A stretch of 64,000 nt of DNA. Source: Marsupella aquatica (taxonomy: Eukaryota; Plantae; Marchantiophyta). Where the stretch lies: contig OZ316895.1 in assembly GCA_973895155.1 (NCBI GenBank), forward strand, positions 7,490,184 to 7,554,183, read 5' to 3'. Shown one piece after another: positions 11,901 to 25,927 of the stretch. The first letter of the stretch is position 1; each line of letters opens with the position of its first letter. The notes under the pieces are model-generated. The model was not told the DNA's origin and ran no database searches. It saw nothing but the letters and a program-made list of their open reading frames with translations. The position numbers and the translations under genes are program-made.

Positions 11901-14900
11901 CTCCTTTGATTAATTGTTGTTCTCCACATGAGTTATTCTAATTCTCTTTTTCTTTTTCTTTCTTTTTGTATTCTAATGCTCTTTTTCAACTCCAAAATTC
12001 TATCTTTATTTCTTATTCTTTTTTGGCATTTACACTTGACTCATAATTTGTACTTTGTGTACAATTATAAAGACCTGTCTTTTCCTTTCTTTTTCTTTGA
12101 TACAGAGTTTCGTCGCTGACATCCCTCAATGTTTTCTATGCATGAAGAAAGTAAACCCAATCTTCAGATCCATGATGACATTGGGGGAAACTTTTGGGGG
12201 GAATTGATCAGCCATGTATATGATAAGGGGTCTGAATTTGAAGAGAAATTTCAATTCTTCTGCTAGAGAACTTTCAATTCTTTTGCTAGAGAACTTTCTC
12301 CCTACTCTCTAGTGCTGAAGATGGCATGGCCCTGCTCAAGGTCCAAGTTTAGAGCATTTTCTTGTTTCTTTCCAAATCTGGAGAGGCATTAATTTCTTCT
12401 TTCCAAGAATGGGTGACAAGTGTTGGCTCCAACAAAAACCAACCCACTGTCTCTTTTCTATCGCTATAAGCAATTCCATTCTATGCAGTATGCAATTGAC
12501 TGCTGGCGTGTAAATTGTACACTTGTTCTTCAAAGACACTGCTTTGGTGGGGGAGCTAGTTTGTTCTGATAGCGAGCTAAACCGATTTGCATTACCTCTC
12601 ATTTGAAGTGTAGCTCATGATGAAATCAACTCCTCCACTCAGGAGAGTGAACTACAATAGTGACCCCAGCATCTTTATGCAACTTGGCATAAGTGAGGGG
12701 GTGCCCAATTGGACCAGTCAGGCGGGTTGTCTTGCTTCTTTGTAGACAACAATACTTTTGATCACCCTTCAGAAACGGCTTATAGTGGTGAATTCTTACA
12801 CTCCAACAAACATCACAACTCCCATGGCAAGTGAGACTGGCTGATCTTTAAGCTCTGCTGGCCGTGTTCCTTGAGGCATTATAAGTTCTAGACATGCCTA
12901 AAAAGTTCACTACTTCGTAGCTGGACTCGATGCTGGACTGAGAAAGAATGATTGCTAATCCAGACATTTTGAGTTAAAATAGACGAGTTTGAGAGCCCCT
13001 GCTTTGCATGCCCTGAAAAACTTATGTCCCTGAAAAACTTAATATGCCCCCAAAAGCTATGCCTCTTGCTGGCTACAACAAAGACCGTCATCATTTGTAG
13101 TATATAATTACACTTCTATCTTCACAGTGCAGCAAAAAATCTAGTCAAAACCTTGTCTCAATTGTTTCCACATTTCATTGAGGACAGTAGTGGGCAGCAG
13201 AAAGAAGCTTGAATGGAAGCAACAAGCCAAACTTAAGGAGATGAGTTTTGGAAGTACTAAAACAAATAAACCTGCAAAGCCTGAAGCTTTGACTTGGAAA
13301 ATTGATCCAGCAGTGTCATATTTAAATGGCAAATGAAAACAATTAGTAGAAGTAGATTCCACTTTATGCAGAGGAACAAGCCCAATGTCCACTAAAGATT
13401 CCATTCCTTGCACATGTAATACTCACAAAGTTAGAGAAATTAGTAAACCTCTCAAGCATAGCACTTGTGAAGAATCACAGCCTGAGGAGAGTGAGTAGAA
13501 ATGGAGAACTGAGATTTTCTATTCATTCAATTGGAAAAGGTTTTTTTCCCTGAAAAACTCTGTTTAATTATATTAAGAGAGATAACATACAAGGGTGATG
13601 GCTTGCAAGGGTAGACTAACCCAGAGGTTGGCATGGTCCATGCATGCATTGGAGCAAGGTGGACCCTGAGATAGGCCTGCTGGCTACAATTTGATTTCCT
13701 TCAGTATGGTCCGATCATTTATAGAATTGGAAGTTTCAGTTTCTTGATTTTGTTTATGGGTTCTACACATTTGCTATGTTAGTATACATTTTTGATTGAC
13801 CTGTCTGATTATTTGGGACTCACGTGGCAGTCTTCAAATAGGTTTTATAGGAAATGTCACAAAGATGAAAAATCAATACGTAGGACTTTGAACTAATAAG
13901 GTGATGCACATAACATATCGTCAGAATCATTTAAGTTACTTTAATTTTCATTCAACTTTCCTTCAAGTTGTGAATGCAAGGTTTACTTAGATATACGAGA
14001 AATACTTGTGAGCCTAATTGGACTGGAAGAGTATTGGGATTGTGGTTCTACCAACTCACAACTTCATGGTTTGCCAAATATGTTGAATGAAAATATTTCA
14101 CTAAATATGTCGTTGGAGGCTTTTGGAGGTGGCTCGTTGGATGTGGTGCTTTGGAAAAACTCTGAGGAACCTGAAGATGTTGATAAGTGGTGACCCACAT
14201 GGCCATGGACAATAAGATCAAACACTTTGGATATGACTTCAATGCCAGACTTGTGGAAGCTAGCAAAAGTGAGGGATGCAGACAAAGCCACTCCAAGGAT
14301 GACAATTTTTGTAAAGAGCTTTTCAAAGGATTTCTTTTTGCGCTGATGTACATCCCTCTTCCGCTGTTGTTGTATGAATCTCCTATCCTCTGGCGGTAAT
14401 CTAGCATCTATCTGTATTCTCCTTCCTCTTGGTGAACTCTTCCATTTTGGGCCGATAGCCATGTTGTCTACTGATCAATTGCAACTTACATCTCTATTTG
14501 CAAAGACCCTCTTCTCTGGCTTTAATTGGGTTCCAATTGAGAAAATATCTGGCCTTCACCCTGTTAAACTTTTACAATCCACTTCATTAATTAAGATGCA
14601 AAATTCAAGCTCTTGAAGGCAACCTTAGTTACATCACATCTCTAGCAACCTTAAAATATATCTAGTAAGCAATGCATATTTACATCAAGGCAATTTATAG
14701 CCCAAACCAAGTCAACAATTTATTGGGTGCCTTTGAATGGAAGGAAATGGACCTATTGCCTTTTTCCAATTTCAAACATGTACCAAATTGGTTCTTTGGG
14801 TGAGGATCTCCCTCTGTTGGCTTTTTGCACTCTATTCAACCAAAATCTACCCCTAGCATATTGTACATATGTTCTTTCAATCAGATTCTCTAGAAAAATA

Positions 14901-15733
14901 TCACATTATATCATTGGGTTCAGTGTCCGTTCGGATGGATCATGTGACTGTGCATCCTTTAAATTGACGTTTTAGAGAGAACATGCACCTTCAAGTTGTT
15001 TGTGTCACCAAAGGTCTACCCCATGAGCAATGCAAATTACAGTACTTAAAATAAAGCTAGGTCACAATTAAATGTAAGGAAAGAGTGAAAAGGCCGTGAG
15101 AGGCCTGGCCTGGTGTTCAATTTAGACCTAAGTATGGATTAACTATAAAAAAAAGGACAATTATAGGTTATCCACCTCCAAACAAATAGAGCCAGCCTTT
15201 TGATGTGAAAGGGCACCAAGAAGAAGGGGGAGGAGTCGCACAGCATAGACAGGAAGTAGGGGAACTTGACCCAGACCAGCCTTCTAAATGTCTACAAGAG
15301 TTTTGATTGATGATCATCAAGAAATTGGGTGACTTGCTCTCAATCTGTTATATAGAAATCTGATATAGATCCTCTGGGGGTAGCTAGGTGCAAACCTAGA
15401 CACTTTTTCTAAGCTCAGATTTTGGGTGCTGGATAGGGTTTCTCTGTCTGCAGTTAGGGCACCCACTTCCATTTCCTTATGTACAACAAAAAATACAACA
15501 GTATAAATGAAGCATGGATGGCTTATACAAGTTGGATGCAATTTTCTGTTGGATGAGGCATGTACACAAGTACAATACAAAAGCATATTAAACACATGCA
15601 CAAAGCCGCTTGGCCATGTAGGGCTAGTAGCCTTCAAAACCCTATTAAAGAGTCAGTATTTACATCCTGAATAAGCTTGGTTTTGTTCAAGGGAAGTACC
15701 TTTTGGATGCCTCACATTCACTTTGTTAAGTTA

Positions 15734-16692
15734 CAGGTGTATGCTTAATGGGACCCTTGCCAAAACAATTTTATATGATGGGCCCCTATAAAACTTTTGC
15801 TACAAACTAGGCCCCCCACTAATATGTTGTTACAAACTAGGCCCCATACCTAGTTTCTGTATAACACATGGTTTTTATGTGATGTCTAATTACATGGTCA
15901 ACCATGGATACATTTCCCATCGCACTCCATTGCACGGCGGATCATAGTCCACAACATGTATGTGTATGCTTATGTCTTCACATGATTACAGAGATTTATA
16001 TGATCCGTTGCTACATGATAGTGGGTGTGTAGAACATTTAGTCTAGTTCTTGTAGGCTAGCAAACTTTCCCGTTATGATTGACTCTGTGTTGTCTTTGTT
16101 TCCCACTGGGACAATTTTTGAAAGTTGCAACAAGGGCAAACAGCCAAGAGTAAAAGATACTTGGTTCCTTCCATACTTAGAAAAAAATGGGGTCTAGATG
16201 TGAGAAGACAACAACCATGACATTGTCTTTGTTCGACACTTTGACAATTTTTGAAAGTTGCAGTATGGGGCCAACGACCAAAAGTAGAGGATTTATTCCA
16301 TACTTAGACAAACAAACAAAGAGAAAGTCAAAACATCATGCATATCTTATACATAGGTTGCATTAAGCAACCTAAAGACGAACAGTATGGTCAAAATTCA
16401 AACCTGAAGACATAAATCATATTGTCTTCACTTAGAAACTGACAGCACAATGGCCGCCACTACTCTGTAGTTACCCCATGATGTAGTTCATCATTCAACA
16501 CGGTTTGACTTTAAACTTTACCATAGCTCTTATTGGTGATAATATTAAGCTAAACCTTCTTGTAGTAACTGACATTACAAGAACATCTGGTCAACACAAA
16601 AGTGTCAGAGGGGGCCTACTTTGTAACAAAAGTTTTGTAAGGGCCTACCACGTAACTTTGTTTTAGTAGGGGTCCCATCAAGTATATACCTC
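15734..16692. mobile_element. Non-autonomous Mutator-like element (older copy)
   Basis: Imperfect TIRs (aggtgtatgcttaatgggaccc...cttttgctacaaactaggccccc versus gggggcctactttgtaacaaaag...gggtcccatcaagtatatacct). 9-bp TSD with one mismatch: gttaagtta (15725-15733) and gttatgtta (16693-16701). Confidence 0.7.
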
Positions 16693-17916
16693 GTTATGTT
16701 ACTGTCACAACAAGTTCAAACCCGGGCTCAAAACCTACAGTCAGATTTTTGATTGAGGCAATTATCAACTGAAGTGAGTAAGCGCATTGTTCATACATAT
16801 GTAGAATGGAAATAAAAAGGAAGCCCAAAAAGTGTATGACAATGAGACCAGTCTCATGCAAAAGTAGCACCTGTGCCTCAGTGGGAAAAAGGTTGTCCTA
16901 TGTTGGGTCTGGGAAATAACGGTGGAGAGCTTGTAGTTAATAGCTTTGGATGTGGCAGTCCACCCTGGCAATCAAGAAGCCTAGCTGTATATGAATGCAC
17001 CTAACAAATCTCTAGATAATATGACTCTAGTGACTAGTGATGGCTTAATATACTTTGTGATATAGAGTTGGGACCAGCTAGCCCAATTCTAATGACTCTC
17101 TGCAAATCTATAGCATACAGTCTACAAATATCTTGATGGAGGTGCACCCATGGTCTTGTGCTAGTAACTATGGTCAACAACGTTTGCCACCGAGTTTAAA
17201 GTTTAACGTTGAAGTTGTTAGCTGTTGGTACTGGGGCCATCCAAAGGCTGCATTTGTGGCTTTGCATTGTGAAACTTACTGATGTTGGGCATAAAAATCT
17301 TCATGCACTTGAGCCTTTTTTGTTGGTGTAGAACAAATGGGGCCTTTTAGTGAGAATGGCTCAAAACAAGCAAGAACAAGTGAGCAATTGACTGCAGTTT
17401 GAAACAAAACCAAAAATGTTCAAGCTACGACAACAGCAACGGCTGTGGCAATTTTTTTGGGACTCTATTGTATTCATTGATATAGCATACACCAGGGCAT
17501 TCTGAAAGGGAGAAGTCCAGGTGATCCACGGCAAATTATCAAAATTCTTCCTAGTGCCCGGTATGGCAGTGTGACCCTAAGAAGGACAACATGAGGACCC
17601 CGATGAGGACCCCATCTACAACAGAAGGATTTATGATCTTTTCTTATTCTTATTCTGTTCAAATAAACGAGGGAAACTAAGATCAAAGGCCAAACCAGGC
17701 ACAAGCAGGGAAAAATCTTTGGGCTCAGGAAAACCCTCTTTCTTAATAATAAATGATTAATGATAAATCATAAAAGCCCTGAGGGCATGTCAAAAATGAT
17801 CACGCTCAGGTTTGCACATGCCCTGCCTGAAAACTGTACATTTTGGCATTCTAGATTGGAGTGTCGATCATGCCATACAAAATTGATCTAAGTTTCATTT
17901 TTTCCTTGAAAACTAT

Positions 17917-18913
17917 GAGATATATGCTTGATGGGCCCCCTGGTGAACCTTTCTTACCTGATGGGCCCCTAGGGAACTTTTTTACCAAGTAGGACCCCTC
18001 TTAATGACCAGTACACCTGTTCTTGTGTGGTGCCTACACCTGTCCTTGTGTGGCGCCTACTATGTATGGTGACTCCAAGCAAACTGCACAGTTGAACTGT
18101 GCGGTCAATCTTGCATGGTCGACCGAGAAACCACGGAGATGATTCGGGAGAAACCGCGAAAAGCGACTGCCGCTGCCGAAACTACAATTTGAAGACAATA
18201 TGCATTATGTCTTTGGATTCACTGGGTTAATGCCTGAAGACACAATGGATTATGTCTTCGGGTTCAAATTTTTACGTATCGTGGGGTAGTTATTAGGTAT
18301 ATTTTTCATGTTGCGCACATGGGTTTTTCACGATGTTTTCATGCACGACTATCAGCGTCAGTGTGGGGTACCTCCAAATGTCCACAAAGAATATTCAAGT
18401 TCAATGTTCAGAATTTGCCTACTGCAGCCACAACAAAAATTGGCAAATGATTGACAAATGCGCTCAAAAAATGGTAATACTCCCCTGTGTAATGCATACA
18501 AACAATTTCCAAAGAAGACAGACCCAAAGGTGTCGGGGTACACCCTAAACCCTAAACCTTGAAACACGGGAAGACATAATCCATTGAGTCTTCAGGCATT
18601 AACCCATTGAATCCGAAGACATAATGCATATTGTCTTCAAATCATAGTTTCGACAGCGACAGTCGCTTTTCACGGTTTCTCCCGAATCATCTCCATGGTT
18701 TCTCGGTCGACCATGCAAGGTTGACCGCACGGTTCAACTGTGCAGTTTGCTTGGAGTCACCATACATAGTAGGCGCCACACAAGGACAGGTGTAGGCACC
18801 ACACAAGAACAGGTGTACTGGTCATTAAGAGGGGTCCTACTTGGTAAAAAAAGTTACCTAGGGGCCCATCAGGTAAGAAAGGTTCACCAGGGGGCCCATC
18901 AAGCATATATCTC
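17917..18913. mobile_element. Non-autonomous Mutator-like (foldback) element with ~343-bp TIRs
   Basis: 17917-18259 is the near-perfect reverse complement of 18570-18913 (ends GAGATATATGCTTG / CAAGCATATATCTC). Perfect 9-bp TSD gaaaactat at 17908-17916 and 18914-18922. Confidence 0.93.
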
Positions 18914-19010
18914 GAAAACTATTGATACATTGACACCTAATGCTTAAAATATCCCAAATATTCACTGTTAAATTTTTTCCAAGTTTCACAAAACATTACC
19001 TAAATTTTCA

Positions 19011-19093
19011 GGAAAATACTTGATGGGGCCCCTCTAATGAAAGATATTACTAACTAGCCCCTAACTTTTCAAATCTATTCAATGGGGCCCCTT
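19011..19093 (+). mobile_element. Isolated MULE TIR remnant related to the two adjacent MULEs
   Basis: ggaaaatacttgatggggcccctc...caatggggccccttg resembles the GAGATATATGCTTGATGGGCCCCC terminus. No partner TIR was found. Confidence 0.4.
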
Positions 19094-21654
19094 GTCCCTC
19101 TGACCCTTTCTCAGGACCTGTCATATTTAGTTTTTACATTTTTTAATTGTAATGTACTATACAACTTTATACGAGTCAGTCCACAAGATGTATTGTCTAG
19201 AAGCAATTCAATGTACTTTTATTTATAAATACTTATAGAATTTATGTACTAAGTATTTAGCACTTCTAACTCACATATTCGCTGCCCATATTCACTTGTT
19301 TTATGTTTTGAAATATTTATACAAGGGAATTAATCCTTAAGGCATGTAAGTTTTGCTCTTTTTGGTTCTTTCTCTCAGTTGTTTGGAATTATTCATAACT
19401 TAAAGCATTTCTCCAAAGCATAGCTTCACCTGAACTTTAGGAAGGTGAACCAATGGGTTTGGGTGCTATCTGGGTGGTGCCATTTTTTATATGTTGTTTT
19501 TTGCAAATTACTCATGTGGTACTTAGACAATTCTTTGATACTATTTTTCCAAAACATGTTTGGAAATATTCACACAGGAGCATTTCCTTGGTGTCAATTT
19601 TGTGATTTTTTTAAGATGTGAGCACCTAGGTAGAGTATATCAGGCAATTGATGCAATGTTACTTAAACAACAATTTTATTCTTTAGCTTAGTACACAAAG
19701 CATTGATTGAATTCACAAGGCGTCAATTGAATTCATAAAAATGAGCATAAGGAATGCACATAGTAACAAGTGTTAAAGCTTTTATATGACCTTATAATTA
19801 TGAGCTCAATGTTGGTGCAACAACTACAAAATTAGCTATCAAAATCATATTGCAATCAAACTCATATTGCAATTCACATCTATATGCTTACTCAAAGTGA
19901 CACTAAAAAAATTCACTTTGCATGTCACACCCTGTGACCACCAGTCCAATCTATAAAAGCTATGAAGACATTGACAAGTTAAGCATGCGGCTTCACTCCT
20001 GAATCTTGCCTAAGTAATTCCAAGAGTAATTCAGTTCTGCAAAACTATCACAATCAACCAAGACTTTAGTCCAAAGGGTACTGTCAAAGAGACACATACC
20101 CTCGTACCTGGGATTCATAAATCCAAGGTAGTGAATGAAATGTGTAATCACCTGTGAAATTAAGGTGAAACATAGTTGACATTGTACTTTGTTGTGATTC
20201 TTCTTGTGTGGCCAACACATTGGCTGCACCCTCGTTTGCCAATTCAAGGAAACGTTGCACTTGTGATGCGTTAGTAAAATCGTTCAAGTTGTCCGGCATC
20301 CAGTGAGGTTCACCTGAATTCTGGGAATCAACATCTCCAAACCTATGGTATGACACATTTGACTTATCATCACTGCTTGGCTCATACTCAGAATAATCTT
20401 GACCTTCGGGAAAAGGAACATCTTGTGCTTGAGCATAGTGATCACTTAAAAATCTATGTCTCTCCAATGATCTGCTTTGTCCCAGAAAATTTTATCCCAG
20501 AACACAAATTCATAATATTTGTTTATTTATTAAGAATTATCTAGTAAGCAAACCTGATGTATGGTTCAGTTAGGGAGCTAAGATAAAATCTCCAGGAGCC
20601 CCGTAGTCTTAGCATGGGCGTTTGGGGCACTTTAGAAGAAGTATGCGGCAAGGGGATACATTTAAACCATGGCTAGAACTCCACCCGGGTTCCTAGTTCC
20701 TTGTCATCTGAAAACTGCCCAAACCCAGGTACGATGCAGGTTCGCCTCTTCCCAGAATGATGCTAGTTCAAATCGACGGTGAGGAATTATTTCATCGGAG
20801 AAGAAACAGCATTCACCATCACTTGCTTGAGTATACAGTAGTAATGGGCCACCAAAAGAACGAGCACGTACATGACGTCCACATTCGTTTCTGCCCACCT
20901 TGTCGGCCAGTCCCGGGGCTGACGCAATAATCCACCAAATCCAGCTTGACCAAGAGCAAGTCCTCCATGACGACGCGAGCAATCGGTGACGCAATAGGTG
21001 ACGCAATCAGTCACCAATCAATTCAAAGTCTCGTGGCCTAAGCGTTATCGAATCAATCTCTCGAGTCTCGAAGGGATATGGAATTTCGCAGTTCTCTTGG
21101 AAGCTACGAGACAGCTTAGAGCACCTTATTATTAGAGGGTTCGGTTGTCAATTCTTCGTCTGGCCATTATTGGTTCTCCACTTCTCCGTGACTGTAAAGT
21201 TAACCTTTCGAAACAAAAACAAGAATAACTCTTCGTCTGGCTGAAGCTCCGCAGCCGACCGACCATGCCAATCACAGATTTGATTTGCAAGTCCAGTGGA
21301 TTAGACCCTCCACTGAAGCTGGCGGCAGCACTGCAGCAGCCTATGATGTACAGTTACTGCTCTCGACCAGCCTCGCGTGCCAATGACCGTCTAGCCAACA
21401 GATTTGACCACTTTGGAGCTGTTTGACGCAACGGTGCATGTTCTGTGTTTCACGAAGCGAGCCTAGAGAAAAACCTAGGCTAGAAGAACGGGCTCTGGAT
21501 AAATCTCTAAGAACGACGCAGGTCGGTCCACATAGGTCAGGAGGGGTATATACTCAGGTTTTCACTCTCGGACAAGATGTCTATTTGTTGGACAGGACAA
21601 ATGATAACTTGTTCGCACAAAAATGGTCTATTTATTCAATATTCACTTATATTC

Positions 21655-22340
21655 CCTGGCCGGGACCAAAAATTCCCGACCCATCCCTGGCCCGGTCCCG
21701 AACTCTCCCAACCCCTCCCAGCCGGGTCCCAGACTTTCCCGAACCCTCCCAGCCCGGTCCCGGACTCCTCCTAACCCTCCCGGCCCGGCTGTGGCTGCCT
21801 AGCCTGGCCTCCCCTTCCTGGCCTAGCTCTTTCCTGGCCTGGCCCACCCAGCTCTCCCCCACCAACCGGCCCTCCCTGCCTGACTCTCCCCGTTAAGTGA
21901 GCCTATTCCCAGCCTGGCCTACCCTTCCCGGCCCAGTTCTTTCCCGGCCCGGCTCACCCGGCTCTCCCAACCCCTCCCAGCCGGGTCCCAGACTTTCCCG
22001 AACCCTCCCAGCCCGGTCCCGGACTCCTCCTAACCCTCCCGGCCCGGCTGTGGCTGCCTAGCCTGGCCTCCCCTTCCTGGCCTAGCTCTTTCCTGGCCTG
22101 GCCCACCCAGCTCTCCCCCACCAACCGGCCCTCCCTGCCTGACTCTCCCCGTTAAGTGAGCCTATTCCCAGCCTGGCCTACCCTTCCCGGCCCAGTTCTT
22201 TCCCGGCCCGGCTCACCCGGCTCTCCCCCCCCCCCCCACCCGCCCAAAGTCTCCCTGCCCGGTCCCGGATTCCCCCGTTCAGTGAGCCTATTCCCAGCCC
22301 AGCTGCGACTGCCTATTCCCGGCCCGGCCCAGCCAGCTCT
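21655..22340. repeat. C-rich tandem repeat: two near-identical ~259-bp units plus degenerate flanks
   Basis: 21703-21961 is repeated from 21962 onward. It is built from ccc/ccgg/cctgg submotifs and shows extreme C-versus-G strand skew. Confidence 0.9.
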
Positions 22341-25300
22341 ATGAAACCTCCACTTTGTATATGAAACCCAGATGGACTTGCTTTAGAACATTTAAAATGG
22401 CTCAAATAACACTATTTACGCTGGTGACTGAAATATAACCTATAAACTGTCTCCTTGTTGTTTGCAGTTGGTTTCAATTACATTGTCGACCGATTTCCTC
22501 GATAACTTGACTACCTTGACCTGAAAGATGTCAAGACGTCATGCTATTACTCAGATCACCATGACTTACTACTTTCTCCCCGAGGTAGTGAAAAGTTGCC
22601 AACTACAATTGGTTCCATTTTATTTTTGGTGTAAAAGTGAAGACTGCTTTATGCAGTCCATGGGGATGGCCAGGGACAATGTCTCCATCCATCCGGGCTA
22701 TTGTTTCTTCTAATGTTTTCTCTTTGTAATTTTGAGGGAATTCTCTAAAACTAATGTGCTGTCAAGATTTGTATAGGTTCATTATGAAATTTCTCTCTTG
22801 TTGTCAGTAAAATAGTAAAAAAACTAAATCTCCTGCGCTAGGTCTTTAGATTATTCCTGTTAGGAAGGCACTATGGGCACTAATAATCACTCAAACCTTG
22901 AGCTAAAACCCTCCTTTCGGGGATGTGATGGCCTATGTTGCCACACTACCATCGTATTCCTGTATATAGAATGTGTTGGATGGGGATTTTCATTGAAGCT
23001 TATAGTTCCATGGCCATTATAAAACTCACTCTATATACCAAATTTAAATTACTATGGCCGGCCTATTATGCATTGATCACAGATTGATTTGCAATATCCT
23101 AGTAGTAGTCAACTCCGTTGAATTAGACCCTCCACCGGTTTTCTCTGTTTTTTCACCCAGATGACGAATATCACTCTGTGTAACGGAGAAGATGCTCCAA
23201 ATGTTTTTATTTAATTCTCTTAAATTAATGTCTGCCTATTAGATCTCACTCTTGCTAATGGGGTCTGTGGCTGTGTAAATAATTGAAGACACAAGCCTGG
23301 GGGACTTTGGCCAAAAAATGGCAAAGACTTTTCAATGCCATGGAATTTGGCAAATATTCCTCACTAAGAAAATACCCCTTCTAGATTTATCTTTATATAT
23401 TAAAAGGTGGGCCCTGAGGTGGGGATGGGTTACCTGAGACAAGTGGATATTGGAATTCTTATACTTGGGAGGAGTTGTGGCCCTCATCTGAGTGACTACA
23501 TAGAGATTTGCATTAGAGAATCTCCTTGACAGAATGACAAAGGGGTAGGACTCGTACAATGCAGATAAAAAAGAAAATTCACAAGGAAGGTTTAGGAATA
23601 TACTTTGTAATGTCCTGTTGGCATAGTGGGCCATAATTCCCCCAAGCTTCAGCACAAGTTTTGAGGTGCTACAAAATCAGATTCAACTAGGGCTTAAGAT
23701 GTAGTATTACCAGGTACCCCAAGAGTTGTTAACTGGGTGTCACAGCCTATAGCCCAAAAGAGACCATGGATTATGGAGGTTAAATTCCAAGTGTATTTAT
23801 ATTTTATTTTCACCCAGAAACTTTCATCTCAGTTCCATGACCCTCAAGATACGATGGATATCGAGTTCTCGATCCTTGTTGCATTTCCACCTCACTAACC
23901 CAAATATACTTTCTTTGAACATAAATAGAGGTGATGAAAAGAAGACATCTCCCATGCATGCCCAGGTAGCCAATTCTCTCACACAGGTACTCCTCAATGT
24001 CTTGTTCTGAATATTAATACCTACCAACTGCATTCAATACATCTGCTGTAGTTCCAGAGACTCGTTAGTCGTTACTCACCTCAATGCCCCCTTGTCATTT
24101 TCACCCTAGCGCCCCAAGTTTTAGATACGTCCCCACAACCACTTTCCATGGCACCAGCAAAGGTAGTCCAAACGACTTTCCATGGCACCAGGGGCAAAGG
24201 TAGTCCAAACGGTAGTGTACAGGAGGACACTAAGGTACGGTACATCACGCTGTCCAACCGGAACCCACCAAAACAGTATACTGGTGTACCTTGGAATGCA
24301 AGCTATCATCCCTTATTTTGTCCCTTGGAAACCCAGCAGGAAGGTTCGAGTGGACTGTGCCGCCAAGACCCTTGAGAGATGAACTGTCAAGATCTATCCC
24401 AGTAATCGAGTGCAGCACCACAGCCGGTAGATTGTTGGGCTGGAGAGACGCCAATAGTCCCGTACTTTACGCTCGACGTGGTCCAGGGCAGGACGAGTTG
24501 CTAAAGGCCTACGTCGTTGTCATTAGTCCCCTACCGTAAAATAATTACATAGGAAAGTTTGATGCTCTCTAAAACTCTGTTGCTTACCTGGTTACACACT
24601 GTCCCCCCGCCTCACGAGCCTGGACTGGGCTCTTACAGCACTCCAGTCCGGTCCATTTCAGTCTACTAACAATTGAGTTTCTCTCTATATGTATATCACA
24701 CTGCAAGAAAATAAAAGACATCCAACGGGGAGGCATGTACCCAGAGGTAGGAGACGAATAGTGCCTCTCAAACCTTTTAATTTTGGCTCCGGTCATGATA
24801 ACACAGGTTTCCCAAAAGCAAAGTGGTGGACTCACAAATGTGTAGTTTACCACTTGTGACCAACGTCCAAAATTTGTACATTTTGGGCAAGGTGTTTTTT
24901 GTGGCCCTTCAGGTTTGAGACACTTTAGTAAAGAGGGGAGAAACAAAGGAAAACACCAGGACGATCAAAGAGCCCAAAAGCCCAAGAATTTTAGCAAAAG
25001 TCCACCACAATTACACTTGAGACTCTTATGTGATTTAATAATTTTTTTGAGCTAATCATTCTTGTGATGGTCTGTTCATGAAACGTGATATTGGCAGGAA
25101 ATCTCTTTCATCAATGGAGGATTATGGAAATCTTGTTTGTCGATCATGACGTGGACCTATTGCTGCCACTATGTGCTTTTTCCATGCGCAACCCATTAGT
25201 TGCCCTGAAACTCCCGATTTAGTTAAAATCCAGTTGTGAGGCTGACTTGTTATCTCCCTTAGTGTCCAACTCCCCTTGTGCCTAACAATGTCATCTCGCT

Positions 25301-25674
25301 CATGCTTCTTCTACAATGCACCGATATAGATGCATTGGCAGTCACGCTAATAATACAAAAATAAATAAACTTCAATATTCGCTTACACCGTATGAAACCG
25401 ATCAGAGTTCCCTGACTGTGGTTGCTTTTCTTACTGGGCTTCTAGAAAAGAACAAAGAATATGTCCGTGCAGACCTCAGTGTAGACTCTGGCGTCCTTCG
25501 TGCACTTTCTCGGCGACGACAGAGTCTAGAGTGTCGATCGGATTGGCTGAAGCGTCCGCACGCTAAGGAAGAACCACTCACATATATTCTACTGAAAGAA
25601 CTCCCATCTCCACAGCTTATGTTGTACATGTTCTGCGTGGAATTGGATGATGAGATCATTAGAGAATTGGTTTT

Positions 25675-25746
25675 CTTGAGACCATTTCGAAGGACTCCTT
25701 GTAGCCTTACTTGAGACCATTTCGAAGGACTCCTTGTAGCCTTACT
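25675..25746. repeat. 35-bp tandem duplication upstream of the AOX start codon
   Basis: cttgagaccatttcgaaggactccttgtagcctta occurs twice, back to back. Confidence 0.9.
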
Positions 25747-25927
25747 TGTTGTCGAGTTGTTGTGTTTTGTTTAAGATTGTCGAAGATTGTGTAATAGTTT
25801 CGGGTTCTCGTACACTGGTCGATCTAACGTAGCTCTCCTTTCAAGGAGAGCCTGAGAGTGCTCCGAAAGAGCTCGACAGGTCGTGGATCGAGAACAGAAG
25901 AGAGACCTGAAGAGAAGTGCCATCACG

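Noticed and set aside
9338-13413. Scattered ORFs and possible decayed TE coding sequence
   Set aside because: No motif, terminal repeat or TSD could be supported.
21423-22344. Pro-rich ORFs
   Set aside because: By-products of the C-rich repeat.
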